A stretch of DNA of 64,000 bases from Candidatus Latescibacterota bacterium (lineage in GTDB: Bacteria; Latescibacterota; UBA2968; UBA8231), in assembly GCA_965203355.1 (NCBI GenBank), contig OZ241889.1, positions 1,312,001 through 1,376,000 of the forward strand, written 5' to 3'. The notes below the pieces were generated by a model, which saw only the letters and a list, made by a program, of their open reading frames with translations, did not search any database and had not been told where the DNA came from. Below, in pieces: positions 47,495 through 56,737 of this stretch. The translations under genes were made by a program, and so were the position numbers. Positions within the stretch are counted from its first letter, which is position 1. Every line of letters begins with the position of its first letter.

Positions 47495-49870
47495 ATGCAG
47501 CGCATTGGCTCGCACCGAACGTTCCTACTCTTCGCGGGCTTGGCGGCTCTCGCGCTGGCGGCGAACGCCCAGACTCGGCGCACCAATCTGGAGGTGTACC
47601 GGGTGGATCGCCAAGCCGAGTGGCAGCAGTGGGCCTTCCCGTCCGGTACGCTCTCGTTTTCCCCAGATGGCTCGGTGACTCCCGTCGAATTCAAGGGCGA
47701 GCACAATGCTGCGGCCAACGCTGGAGAATTCACCCACGAGCTAGTGAGCGGCCAACAGATGCGCGGCGGCGCGTGGAAGGCCGGCACCAACCTCGCAACG
47801 GCCGGCCGGGCCATAGACGGCCGCGCCCACACCTTCTGGCAACCCGACCCGGATGCCCCCTTAGAGGACTGGTGGATCGAGATAAACTTAGGAAGGGCCG
47901 TACTCGTGTCGGAGATTCGCCTCATTTTTCCCGATCAAGAGGGCGCGCGACCTTTCCGCGAGTTTCGCGTCTTCGGCTCCGAGGGCCGGCGCGTGACGCG
48001 CCAAGACATATTCTCTTTTTACCTGATAGGCGGCACCACCAAGCCCATTGACGAGACTGAGGTGATTTACGATGTGAAGCCGCTAGTGCGGGAGGTGAAA
48101 CGGGTGCGGGGAGCACGCGAGGAGGGCACTGCGGACGCTACCTATGATTTGCTGCAATTCATAAGGATTTTGGTGGATGCCAAGACGCCGGACGCCGCCC
48201 TTGCCGAGGTGGAAGTGTACACGCTCGGGGAAAATATCGCTTTGCAGACCCTAGCGCGCGGTGGCGCGATTCAGGAGCGCGTAGGGCGGGGATTTGCCTT
48301 CAACATGGCCGATGGCAACGCCAATACCGATTGGGGAGCACGGCGGGAGCGCGGCCAAGATCCCATCGCTTGGGACTGGGACTTGGGCGCATTGTTCTGG
48401 GTGGATCGGATCGTGATGCGCACTTCGGATTTTCTCCTCCGCACCCTGACGTACGGATCCAATTTGCCCCAAATTCGCACTCACAGCTTGAGCGTTTCCA
48501 ACGGTCGCCGCACCCTGACGGGCGAAGTCGATTTCGATCCGCTCTTCGTCGGCGATACAGATGCCTTGCTCGCGTCCTCGACTGAGTTCCCCGGCCAATT
48601 GACGTATCTTTTTGAGCCGCGCCCTGTGCGCTTTATCGCGGCCGAATGGGTCGGTGGTGGCTCGCAGTCCAGCTTCCAGTTCCAGAGCGGCTTTTTGATA
48701 GAGACGCTCGTGTTTGCAGTGGGCCACGTGGCCCAAGTGGAGATGAGTTCGGACTTCATCGACTTGGGGAAGATCTCTGGCGACAATCGGGCGAAGGTGA
48801 TCAAATCCCTGCGCTGGGAAGCCGATCTGCCCCCGGGAGCACGCATTCAGGTGCGCACCCGCTCGGGCAACGAGTTGCAAGAAAATTTTCGCTATTTTCG
48901 CAAGGATGGCACCGAAGTAACGGCCGAGCAATACGACCAGATGGCAAAGGCACTGCGGGGCGAGATCCAAAGCACTATCGGCATTGGCGAGGATTGGAGC
49001 GAGTGGAGCAACTTTTACCAGCGTTCCGGCGAGCAGTTTCTGTCGCCCAGCCCGCGCCGCTTCGTCCAAGTCCAGCTCATCCTCAGCTCAGACCGCCCGA
49101 CCACCGCGCCGACCGTGCGCGCCTTGGAGATCGAATTTACCGACGCCTTCCTCGGCGGTGTCACCGGCGAGATGCTTCCACGCACAGCCGAGGCGGGTGT
49201 GTCCCAACTTTTCTCGTTTCACATCACGCCGGAATTCGAGTCGCGCAATCCCGGTTTTGATCGCATTCTCCTGCAGACCCCCTCGCCCGCCGACCCTGCC
49301 GCGCTCGTCCTCACCATAGACGGTGCCGAAGCCGACCCGACCGCCGTGCGCGTCGCCGGCGATTCGCTGCTCGTGGAGTTGTCGCGTACCGTGCGGCGCG
49401 AGGAGGTCGCGCTGTCGTTCAGCACGGTCGTAGAGCGCAACGCCACGCTCTTCCGGGCCTTCATCGGCCGCGCGGGGCAGCCCGCGGTATGGCAGCCGGT
49501 CGATCCAGTGCGCCGCGCTGCTACGACCGTGTATTTGCCCAGTGTCCCGGGTGCTGATCGGTTGATCGCCAATCTCGCGGTGCAATCGTTCATCAGTCCC
49601 AACGGAGACGGAATCGGCGACGCCGCGGAAATCCGCTTCCACGTCCTGAAGACGGACGCGCCCGCTGAAGTGCGGATCTACACCCTTGATGGTCGGCTCG
49701 TCCGCGTTCTTGAGGGGCAGCGCCAGCCCGACTGGTCCTACCTCTACACTTGGACCGGCCAAGACCAAGACGAGCGCGTAGTCCGGCCGGGTTCGTACCT
49801 ATGCCGGGTGGGGGTAGAAGCCCAAGCCGGGGCCGTGAGCCGACACCGCATCATCAGTGTGGCTTACTAA
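47495..49870 (+). CDS. Secreted discoidin-like + FlgD-Ig/CTD-like protein (paralog 3)
   Basis: AAGGAG then MQRIG. WWIEINLG, WSEWS, PRRFVQ, ISPNGDGIGD and WTGQD…GSY. Confidence 0.82.
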   Translation: MQRIGSHRTFLLFAGLAALALAANAQTRRTNLEVYRVDRQAEWQQWAFPSGTLSFSPDGSVTPVEFKGEHNAAANAGEFTHELVSGQQMRGGAWKAGTNLATAGRAIDGRAHTFWQPDPDAPLEDWWIEINLGRAVLVSEIRLIFPDQEGARPFREFRVFGSEGRRVTRQDIFSFYLIGGTTKPIDETEVIYDVKPLVREVKRVRGAREEGTADATYDLLQFIRILVDAKTPDAALAEVEVYTLGENIALQTLARGGAIQERVGRGFAFNMADGNANTDWGARRERGQDPIAWDWDLGALFWVDRIVMRTSDFLLRTLTYGSNLPQIRTHSLSVSNGRRTLTGEVDFDPLFVGDTDALLASSTEFPGQLTYLFEPRPVRFIAAEWVGGGSQSSFQFQSGFLIETLVFAVGHVAQVEMSSDFIDLGKISGDNRAKVIKSLRWEADLPPGARIQVRTRSGNELQENFRYFRKDGTEVTAEQYDQMAKALRGEIQSTIGIGEDWSEWSNFYQRSGEQFLSPSPRRFVQVQLILSSDRPTTAPTVRALEIEFTDAFLGGVTGEMLPRTAEAGVSQLFSFHITPEFESRNPGFDRILLQTPSPADPAALVLTIDGAEADPTAVRVAGDSLLVELSRTVRREEVALSFSTVVERNATLFRAFIGRAGQPAVWQPVDPVRRAATTVYLPSVPGADRLIANLAVQSFISPNGDGIGDAAEIRFHVLKTDAPAEVRIYTLDGRLVRVLEGQRQPDWSYLYTWTGQDQDERVVRPGSYLCRVGVEAQAGAVSRHRIISVAY

Positions 49871-49964
49871 TACTTTATAGAAAAAAATTGGCGTATGCCT
49901 GTGGCGCAGGACGCGGTGTGGTAAGTGACCGGCGCGGCATACTTAAAAAAGGAGCGATTCGGCG

Positions 49965-50795
49965 ATGATCATTGATACGCACACGCATTTCTACGATCCG
50001 TTCCGCCCCCAAGGTGTGCCTTGGCCGGAAAAAGACGACGAGATTCTCTATCGGTGTACGCTGCCCGAAGACTACAAGGCCCTAGCCGTGCCCGAAGGCG
50101 TGACGAGCACGATCATGGTTGAGTGCAGCCCGTGGGTTGAGGACAATCAGTGGGTGCTTGACTTGGCTGCCGAGGATCCTTTCATCGTGGGATTGGTCGG
50201 CCACCTCGAACCTGACGACCCGGAGTTTGCCACTCATTTGGAACGCTTTGCCGTCGCTCCGGCTTTCGTCGGCATCCGCGCCCGCGTAGATGCCGCGGCA
50301 AGTCACGGCTTGGCCGCTGCTGAGATGCTAGTAGCCCATGATCTGGAACTAGATACAGGTTTACACGAAGGGGTGCCTGTGCTGGCGGAACGTTTTCCCG
50401 AATTGCGCATCGTCGTAAACCACATCGGCGGCATTCCCATTGATGGTGGCCCGCCCGATTCAGCGCGGCTGGAATTGATGCGTCAGGCCGCGGCCCATTC
50501 GCAGGTTTATTGTAAGGTGTCGGGGCTGATGGATTTGTGTAGCCAAGTCAAGCCAGCACCAACGGATATAGACTTTTACGCCCCGGTGCTCGACGCACTA
50601 TGGGGTATGTTCGGAGAGGACCGGCTGATTTACGGCAGCGATTGGCCGGTATCCGACCGCAGTGGCCGCGACTACGCAGACATACAGCGCTTGGTGATGA
50701 CGTATTTTACCGCTCGCGGCGCAGAGGCGACGGAGAAATATTTTTGGCGCAATGCCAAAGATGCCTATAAGTGGATTGACCGCGCCGACGCATAG
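49965..50795 (+). CDS. Amidohydrolase-2 family (L-fuconolactonase-like)
   Basis: IIDTHTH, VNHIG, CKVSG and YGSDWPV. Confidence 0.88.
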   Translation: MIIDTHTHFYDPFRPQGVPWPEKDDEILYRCTLPEDYKALAVPEGVTSTIMVECSPWVEDNQWVLDLAAEDPFIVGLVGHLEPDDPEFATHLERFAVAPAFVGIRARVDAAASHGLAAAEMLVAHDLELDTGLHEGVPVLAERFPELRIVVNHIGGIPIDGGPPDSARLELMRQAAAHSQVYCKVSGLMDLCSQVKPAPTDIDFYAPVLDALWGMFGEDRLIYGSDWPVSDRSGRDYADIQRLVMTYFTARGAEATEKYFWRNAKDAYKWIDRADA

Positions 50796-50824
50796 CGATT
50801 AGAGAGACTAGCAAGGAGTCATTT

Positions 50825-51532
50825 ATGGCCAACATCGAAATCCCCATTCGCTACTACAAGGATTATCCCGGCGGGTACGACTATGGATACGAGACCTTGA
50901 CCCTGAATTTTGCCGAGTGCGCCTTTCTGTTGGTAGATGTCGATGGCCGCTCGCCCAATCCGACGACTAAGAACTTCATTGCGCCGGCTTTGCAAGCCGC
51001 CCGCGACCGCGGAATGCTGGTGAACTACGTCCACAACGATCTGCGTTTGGTGGCCGACCCTGGCAACATCGTGGGCGAGATTTGGGGCAAGACCAAGGGC
51101 GGCGGCAACGGCATTGCGAGCTGGGCGCGGCAAGAGTACAAACCAGCATACCTCGACTGCGTGGCACCTCGCGAGGGCGAGCGCAATTTTCCCAAGTGGA
51201 TCTGGAGCGGCTTCCACGACACTTTCTTGGACCAGCACTTGCGCAGCTATGGCATTAAGACGCTGTTCGTGGTTGGCTACAGTCGGCGGGCCTGCTTGCA
51301 CTACACCTGCGCCGAAGCCGTGGGGCGGAATTACCGCGTCATTCTCTTGCGCGATTGTTCCAATGCCCCCGGTACGATTGAGATGCCAGACACGCTAGAC
51401 GACAGCCTGCCGGAAGGTGGTTGGATCAACCGGATCACGCTGCGCAACTTTGAACATCTGATCGGTTATACTACTACGGCCGAGGAATTCATCGCGGCGT
51501 GCCAGCGGGTAGAGCAAGAAACTCGTCGCTAG
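50825..51532 (+). CDS. Isochorismatase-family cysteine hydrolase
   Basis: LLVD, K..WSGF..T.LD..LR..GI.TL.VVG and the AC nucleophile position. Confidence 0.82.
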   Translation: MANIEIPIRYYKDYPGGYDYGYETLTLNFAECAFLLVDVDGRSPNPTTKNFIAPALQAARDRGMLVNYVHNDLRLVADPGNIVGEIWGKTKGGGNGIASWARQEYKPAYLDCVAPREGERNFPKWIWSGFHDTFLDQHLRSYGIKTLFVVGYSRRACLHYTCAEAVGRNYRVILLRDCSNAPGTIEMPDTLDDSLPEGGWINRITLRNFEHLIGYTTTAEEFIAACQRVEQETRR

Positions 51533-51740
51533 CACTGCTGATTTGAACCGCGATCGAGGTGAACGGAATTAAAAGATTCGCTGTGGTGGTCTCGCAATCA
51601 GCGTCGAGAACTGGGATCCCGTGGACCGCTTTCTAACGATTCCATTCTCGACGATTTTTATCAAGAAGCCGCTCGCACTGTGGCGCAAGAAGTGTCGTTG
51701 TTGTTTGACTAAAAACGCTCGAGTACAAAAAGAGATTGAT

Positions 51741-51887
51741 ATGCAGCGTTCCACAACCGACACCAAGAGAGTGGCTGTCTGCCTGTTTCTCTCGGCGCTC
51801 CTGCATTTGGCTGTGGTCCTGTTGACTCCTTTCACACCCGAACCGCAACCGGCCTTTGAGGTAGTTTTTCGTCCGCCGCCGAGGTGA
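51741..51887 (+). pseudogene. N-terminal fragment resembling a TonB-type anchor
   Basis: 48 aa with a TM helix SALLH (SxxxH), then a Pro-rich segment and an early stop. Confidence 0.4.
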
Positions 51888-51974
51888 AGCGGTCCGTTGG
51901 CATTTCATAGAGCGGAGCTGACAACAGCCGAGCCCGTCCGCTGATACTCACCGGGCAAAAGGAAGGTTAGGGTG

Positions 51975-53093
51975 ATGAAAATACGCGATATTGATACCAT
52001 TTTAATCGACTCGCCGGGCCGCAAATGGACGATTGTGCGGGTCTTTACGGACGAGGGTCTGGTGGGTTTGGGCGAGGCCACGTATTCCCAAAAGGAGCCG
52101 GTGGTCGTCGCGGCCGTCGAGCATCTCAAACAGGAGCTGATCGGCGAAGACCCGGCGCGCATCGAGTACTTGTGGCACAAGCTCTATCTGCGCTCTTCGC
52201 CGAGCGGCATCTGGCGCATGGCAGGTCCGGTGTGGATGAGCGCCATGAGCGGCATTGACCAAGCGCTGTGGGACATCAAGGGCAAGGTGGCCAACCTGCC
52301 GGTGGTCGAACTGTTGGGCGGCAAGTTCCGCGACCGGGTCGAAGTCTATACGCACTTTGGCGGTGCCACGCCCGAGGATTCGGCGAACATGGCGCGTGAA
52401 AAGGTCGCAGAGGGGTACACCGCGCTCAAGGGCGGGGCGCGGGCGCGGAGTGGAGCCGAATTTGGCCAATACGCGGACGACGGCCATCCGACCGAGACGG
52501 CCGCGCACTTTGCCGCCGTGCGGGAAGCAGTGGGGCCGGATGTCAAGCTGTTGATCGATTGCCACGGTCGCTTCACAGTGGCCCGGTGCATCCGCTTGGC
52601 CCGCGCCATAGAGCCGTACGATCTCTACGTATTTGAAGATCCGGTGCCGCCGGAAGACCTGAACGCCTATCCCAAAGTGCGGCGGGAAATCGCCATTCCG
52701 GTCATGGGCAGCGAGCGGCTCAACACCAAGAGCCACTACCGCCAATTGTTGGAACTAGACGGCATTGACGTGGCGCAACCGGACCTGATGTACGCTGGCG
52801 GGATCACTGAAGTCCGCAAAATCGCGGCCATTGCCGACACCTTTCACGTCCCCATCTCGCCACACAACACCAAAGGCCCGGTCGGCATCATCGCGGCCGC
52901 GCATCTGATGGCCTCCATACCGAATGTGGCCCCCATGGAATTCGTCACTGGCATTGCGTGGCGGGACGAGATCATCACCGAGCCGCTGCGAGTGGAGGAT
53001 AGTTGCATCGCGTTGCCAGAAGGCCCGGGTTTTGGAATTGAACTGGACATGGATGGGGTGGAAAAGCACCGCTGGCGGGCGCGGGTCGGCTGA
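51975..53093 (+). CDS. Mandelate racemase/enolase superfamily (galactonate dehydratase-like)
   Basis: GLVGLGE, SGIDQALWDIKGK, IDCHGR, FEDP, QPD..GGITE and PHN. Confidence 0.9.
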   Translation: MKIRDIDTILIDSPGRKWTIVRVFTDEGLVGLGEATYSQKEPVVVAAVEHLKQELIGEDPARIEYLWHKLYLRSSPSGIWRMAGPVWMSAMSGIDQALWDIKGKVANLPVVELLGGKFRDRVEVYTHFGGATPEDSANMAREKVAEGYTALKGGARARSGAEFGQYADDGHPTETAAHFAAVREAVGPDVKLLIDCHGRFTVARCIRLARAIEPYDLYVFEDPVPPEDLNAYPKVRREIAIPVMGSERLNTKSHYRQLLELDGIDVAQPDLMYAGGITEVRKIAAIADTFHVPISPHNTKGPVGIIAAAHLMASIPNVAPMEFVTGIAWRDEIITEPLRVEDSCIALPEGPGFGIELDMDGVEKHRWRARVG

Positions 53094-53164
53094 CTGTATG
53101 TGTGTAGATGCCGAGGGCGAGCAAATGACGAGTACCAAACTCGTCGTCGGCGCGGACTAGCGAC

Positions 53165-53345
53165 CCGTTCCATGCCGACGAGGAAATCCGCGTCGTTCCC
53201 TTTCCGTGCGCCCATAGTATTTTTCGTCGATGCCCGAATCGCCCATCTTGGCGACCTGTTTTTCAACGGCCTTTTCCCTTTTGTCGATCTAGAGTACGGT
53301 GGCGATGTCGAAACCCTGATGCAACACATCGCCACGCTCGACGGT
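53165..53345 (+). pseudogene. Frameshifted fragment of an MBL-fold metallo-hydrolase
   Basis: One frame reads HADEEIRVVPFPCAH. Another reads IVFFVDARIAHLGDLFFNGLFPFVDLEYGGDV. The expected TDGD linker and the N-terminus are missing. Confidence 0.6.
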
Positions 53346-53657
53346 ATCATCGCACGCATGTTGGTGGAAACTACGGCTAGCGTACGCACGCGCTGGAGCG
53401 CGGCCCGATCTGAACCGAGGGACTCGACTCGCAATGGGCGTCGTGGGCGTGGTCTTTCATGCCAGCGTAGTGCTGGATCGAAACGGTCTATTGGAGCTTG
53501 GGGCGAATGCTGGGGAGTGCTCGGGTCGGGCACGATTGGCTGAGAGTATTTGACACGGTCCGTTGCTATTCATAGACTAATTTTTGCAAAACCTATAGAA
53601 AGATCAAAGCATTTTTTTAGACAAAGGAAGAAAAAAGAAAGGATAGAGCACTATATT

Positions 53658-54659
53658 ATGACAACACTCGTTGCTTTCTCGACTAAAGATGCCGTTGTGA
53701 TGGGATGCGACAGCCTTGGCACTGTCAGTCGTACTATGGTTGATCCTTATGAGTTACTCCAATATTTTAATCTTGATAAGGAAGGCGAACTCAAAACAGA
53801 CGAAAATGGAAAACCGCTGCTATCGAATTTTTGGAAACATATTTATTCGCATTCTAAAAATATACCTTACAGTCACATGACGCATGTAGACAAGCTATTT
53901 AAGCTACATAAAAATATCGGTATTATGACTTCTGGCATTATATCTATTGGTGATGCAACCCTGAAGAGTATTATTCAAAACTTAGCTCTAAAACTTACTG
54001 TTGATGATTCCTATACAATTCGTTGTATTGCTCAACAGTTGGTCGATGAAGTTCAGATATACTATAAAGGAGAATATCCAGACGACGTATCCCAACCAGA
54101 AATTGAGTTTCTCATTGGAGGTTGGGAACCCAAGGACAGGCACCCTAAAATCTACCGTGTGAATTTTCCTTCTGGTGGTATCGACCTTGCATTGAATGGT
54201 AGTTATGGCATAGCATTTGGTGGACAATTTATAGAAATTGCCCGTCTTGTTCATGGAACTGATCCCTTCAATATACGTTTGATAGAAGAAAGGTACAAGT
54301 TTCTTCTGGGTCGGTTTGTGAACGAAGTGCAGAAGGCAAACCAAGATATAATTTTGCCAGATTTAGATAATTTTTTCGAGAAGTTCCATATATTCGGCTT
54401 AGAAAACCCCGATGATCCTAGCAATGAACAATCTTGGAGACTCGAAGGATTTAATGCTGATGTCGGAGATTTTTCCGCGCAAAACGCTATAAATTGCGTA
54501 TATTGGCTTGTCGAACTCATGGTCAGAGTTCAAGAATTTGGCGACTCAATGCCTACGGTTGGTGGCGATATACATGTGGCAATCATTGACCGAAAGGATG
54601 GATTTAAATTTCTTTCTGAAGAAGCCTATAAGCTCCAAGGCCACATTACCCCCAGATGA
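53658..54659 (+). CDS. Proteasome-beta/HslV-like Ntn hydrolase (333 aa)
   Basis: M-T1-TLVAF…GC-D17, VDKLFKL..NIGIMTSG, FLIGG and VGGDIHVAIIDRKDGF, similar to the 20S beta C-terminus. AT-rich. Confidence 0.78.
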   Translation: MTTLVAFSTKDAVVMGCDSLGTVSRTMVDPYELLQYFNLDKEGELKTDENGKPLLSNFWKHIYSHSKNIPYSHMTHVDKLFKLHKNIGIMTSGIISIGDATLKSIIQNLALKLTVDDSYTIRCIAQQLVDEVQIYYKGEYPDDVSQPEIEFLIGGWEPKDRHPKIYRVNFPSGGIDLALNGSYGIAFGGQFIEIARLVHGTDPFNIRLIEERYKFLLGRFVNEVQKANQDIILPDLDNFFEKFHIFGLENPDDPSNEQSWRLEGFNADVGDFSAQNAINCVYWLVELMVRVQEFGDSMPTVGGDIHVAIIDRKDGFKFLSEEAYKLQGHITPR

Positions 54660-54877
54660 CCAAGGAGGAATTTATGAGACAGAATATTTATCCTAAAGTC
54701 TCCGAAATGGATAAGCTGAAAACTTTTCTAGAACGCTCGTCCATTGATTTAGGTTCGCGGTCCTATTCCAAGAGAACCCGAAACCCCGAACCAACAGAAG
54801 AGGAAAAGAGGCTGTTTATCAAGCAATACGAACAATACGAACAATACGAAGCGAAACGTAGTCGCCAGCGCACCTAG
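54656..54877 (+). CDS. Small charged hypothetical protein coupled to the Ntn hydrolase
   Basis: ATGA overlap, with an alternative start after AAGGAGG at 54674. Same AT-rich composition. Confidence 0.6.
   Translation: MTKEEFMRQNIYPKVSEMDKLKTFLERSSIDLGSRSYSKRTRNPEPTEEEKRLFIKQYEQYEQYEAKRSRQRT
54824..54850 (+). repeat. Tandem repeat (CAATACGAA)x3 encoding QYE x3
   Basis: Three perfect 9-mers. Confidence 0.85.
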
Positions 54878-55026
54878 TACGTCCCTCGCCGAGGGTTTCC
54901 TCCAGAAAAATCCAGCTATCCGGCCTCTTTAGCCGACCTCTTTTGCCGCTCTTGACAGCGGGAATGGAGCAGTCCATAATTAGGCGCGAACTCAGCGATC
55001 CTACTTACAAGCGAGGAGGTTTTTCC

Positions 55027-55935
55027 TTGAAAGATTTTGCATATTGCGCTCCCAACACGTTGCGCGAGGCCGTGGCCCTCAAGGCCGAGAAAGGCGCGGC
55101 CGCCCGCGTCCTTGCGGGCGGCACCGATTTGATCGTTCAGTTGCGCGGGAAGCGATTTACGCCCGACTGCATCATCGACATCAAGAACGTCCCCGAGGCC
55201 AACGAGCTTTCCTATGGCCCTCGCCGGGGGTTGGTCATTGGCGCGGCCGTGTCCTGCTGGCGCATCTACAACGTCCCCGAAATCGTCGAGCGATACCCTG
55301 GGCTCGTGGATTCGGCTGCCATTATCGGCGGCATCCAAATACAGGGCCGCGCTACTTTTGGCGGCAATTTGTGCAATGCCTCTCCCAGCGCGGACACCAT
55401 CCCCAGCTTAATTACCCATTCGGCCGTGTGCCACATCGCCGGGCCGGCCGGCAAGCGCCAAGTCGCGGTCGCGGATTTTTGCACCGCTCCGGGCCGCAGT
55501 GTGCTCGCGCCCGGCGAGCTCTTGGTTGCTCTCCAGATCCCGATTGCCAAAAAGAACACGGGTTCGCACTACCAGCGTTTCATTCCGCGCAACGAAATGG
55601 ACATCGCCGTCGTCGGGGTGTCTTCCCATGTCACCTTGGCCAATCGCGGCCGGGAGTTTAAGGCTGTACGCATTGCGCTCGGCGCCGTTGGGCCGACGCC
55701 GATTTTCGCCCGCGACGCCGGCGACAGCCTCGCCGGCCAAGCCGTTTCAGACGAGGCCATTGCTGCGGCCGCGGCCGCAGCCCAGCGCGTGGCCAGTCCG
55801 ATTTCCGATATGCGCGGCCCGGCCGAGTTCCGCACCCACCTCGTCGAGGTGCTGGTCAAGCGCACGCTCGCGGGTGCTGTGGACCGGGCACGCGGCCGGT
55901 TCGTCGCCAACGCCGTGCAAGAAGCGGCTGGCTAA
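55027..55935 (+). CDS. Xanthine dehydrogenase-family FAD subunit (CoxM/CutM-like)
   Basis: GGAGG then TTG. AGGTDL, ATFGGNLCNASPSAD and PISDMRG. Confidence 0.9.
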   Translation: MKDFAYCAPNTLREAVALKAEKGAAARVLAGGTDLIVQLRGKRFTPDCIIDIKNVPEANELSYGPRRGLVIGAAVSCWRIYNVPEIVERYPGLVDSAAIIGGIQIQGRATFGGNLCNASPSADTIPSLITHSAVCHIAGPAGKRQVAVADFCTAPGRSVLAPGELLVALQIPIAKKNTGSHYQRFIPRNEMDIAVVGVSSHVTLANRGREFKAVRIALGAVGPTPIFARDAGDSLAGQAVSDEAIAAAAAAAQRVASPISDMRGPAEFRTHLVEVLVKRTLAGAVDRARGRFVANAVQEAAG

Positions 55936-56021
55936 ATCGTACGAAGGGAACCGGCCAGGCGGTCGGCGATAGAAGATTCTCACTCGCCGCGACAAGCGGC
56001 CCAAATTCGGAGTTAAGGTAC

Positions 56022-56501
56022 ATGAGCAAAACACACGTCCAAACCACGATCAATGGGGAGCCGACCGAGTTTCTCTGCGAGGCGCGCCAAAGCCTGCTCG
56101 AAGTATTGCGCGAGACGCTCGGCTTCACCGGCACCAAGGAAGGCTGCAACGACGGCAACTGTGGCGCGTGCTCGGTCGTCGTCGACGGCGTCCTCGTTGA
56201 TTCTTGTCTGATGCTGGCGGTCGAGGCCGAGAGCAAGGAGATCGGCACGGTCGAGGGCCTGGCCAGCCCGGAGAGCCTGCATCCGGTGCAGCAGAAGTTC
56301 CTCGAACACGCCGCGCTGCAATGCGGCATTTGCACCCCAGGCTTTTTGGTCGCGGCCAAAGCCCTGATCGACCACAACCCCAACCCTTCCGAGCACGACG
56401 TGCGGCACTGGCTGGCCGGCAACTTGTGCCGCTGCACGGGCTACGACAAGATCGTCCGCGCCGTCCTCGACGCGGCTGAGGAAGTGCGCCAAAGTGCCTG
56501 A
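56022..56501 (+). CDS. Xanthine dehydrogenase-family 2Fe-2S subunit (CoxS-like)
   Basis: GCNDGNCGAC, QCGICTPG and NLCRCTGY. Confidence 0.93.
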   Translation: MSKTHVQTTINGEPTEFLCEARQSLLEVLRETLGFTGTKEGCNDGNCGACSVVVDGVLVDSCLMLAVEAESKEIGTVEGLASPESLHPVQQKFLEHAALQCGICTPGFLVAAKALIDHNPNPSEHDVRHWLAGNLCRCTGYDKIVRAVLDAAEEVRQSA

Positions 56502-56515
56502 ACTGGACGAGTGCT

Positions 56516-56719
56516 ATGGAATGGATGATAGCATGTACCGTCGGAGTCGGCTTCCTCCTGTATTTCCTGCCAACTCTTCTCGTGATGAGAGACCCAGAAA
56601 AAAGCCGCGCCTCGATCTTTGTAGTGAACCTATTCCTCGGCTGGACGCTCGTAGGATGGGTTGTGGCCTTGGCGTGGGCCGTCAAGCGGGAGCCGCCCAA
56701 CAACCTCAAACAGGTGTAA
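56516..56719 (+). CDS. Superinfection immunity (Imm-like) membrane protein
   Basis: LYFLPT…IFVVNLFLGWTLVGWVVALAWA is the family signature. Confidence 0.82.
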   Translation: MEWMIACTVGVGFLLYFLPTLLVMRDPEKSRASIFVVNLFLGWTLVGWVVALAWAVKREPPNNLKQV

Positions 56720-56737
56720 CCAACGAGGAGGAACGCG

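Noticed and set aside
40998-49768. Long antisense ORFs (e.g. 40998-42128, 48251-49069)
   Set aside because: They are shadows of GC-rich genes on the opposite strand and carry no motifs.
53550-53657. N-terminal extension (propeptide) of the Ntn hydrolase
   Set aside because: This is an A-rich, promoter-like stretch from a TTG start. ATG 53658 places Thr at position 1 directly.
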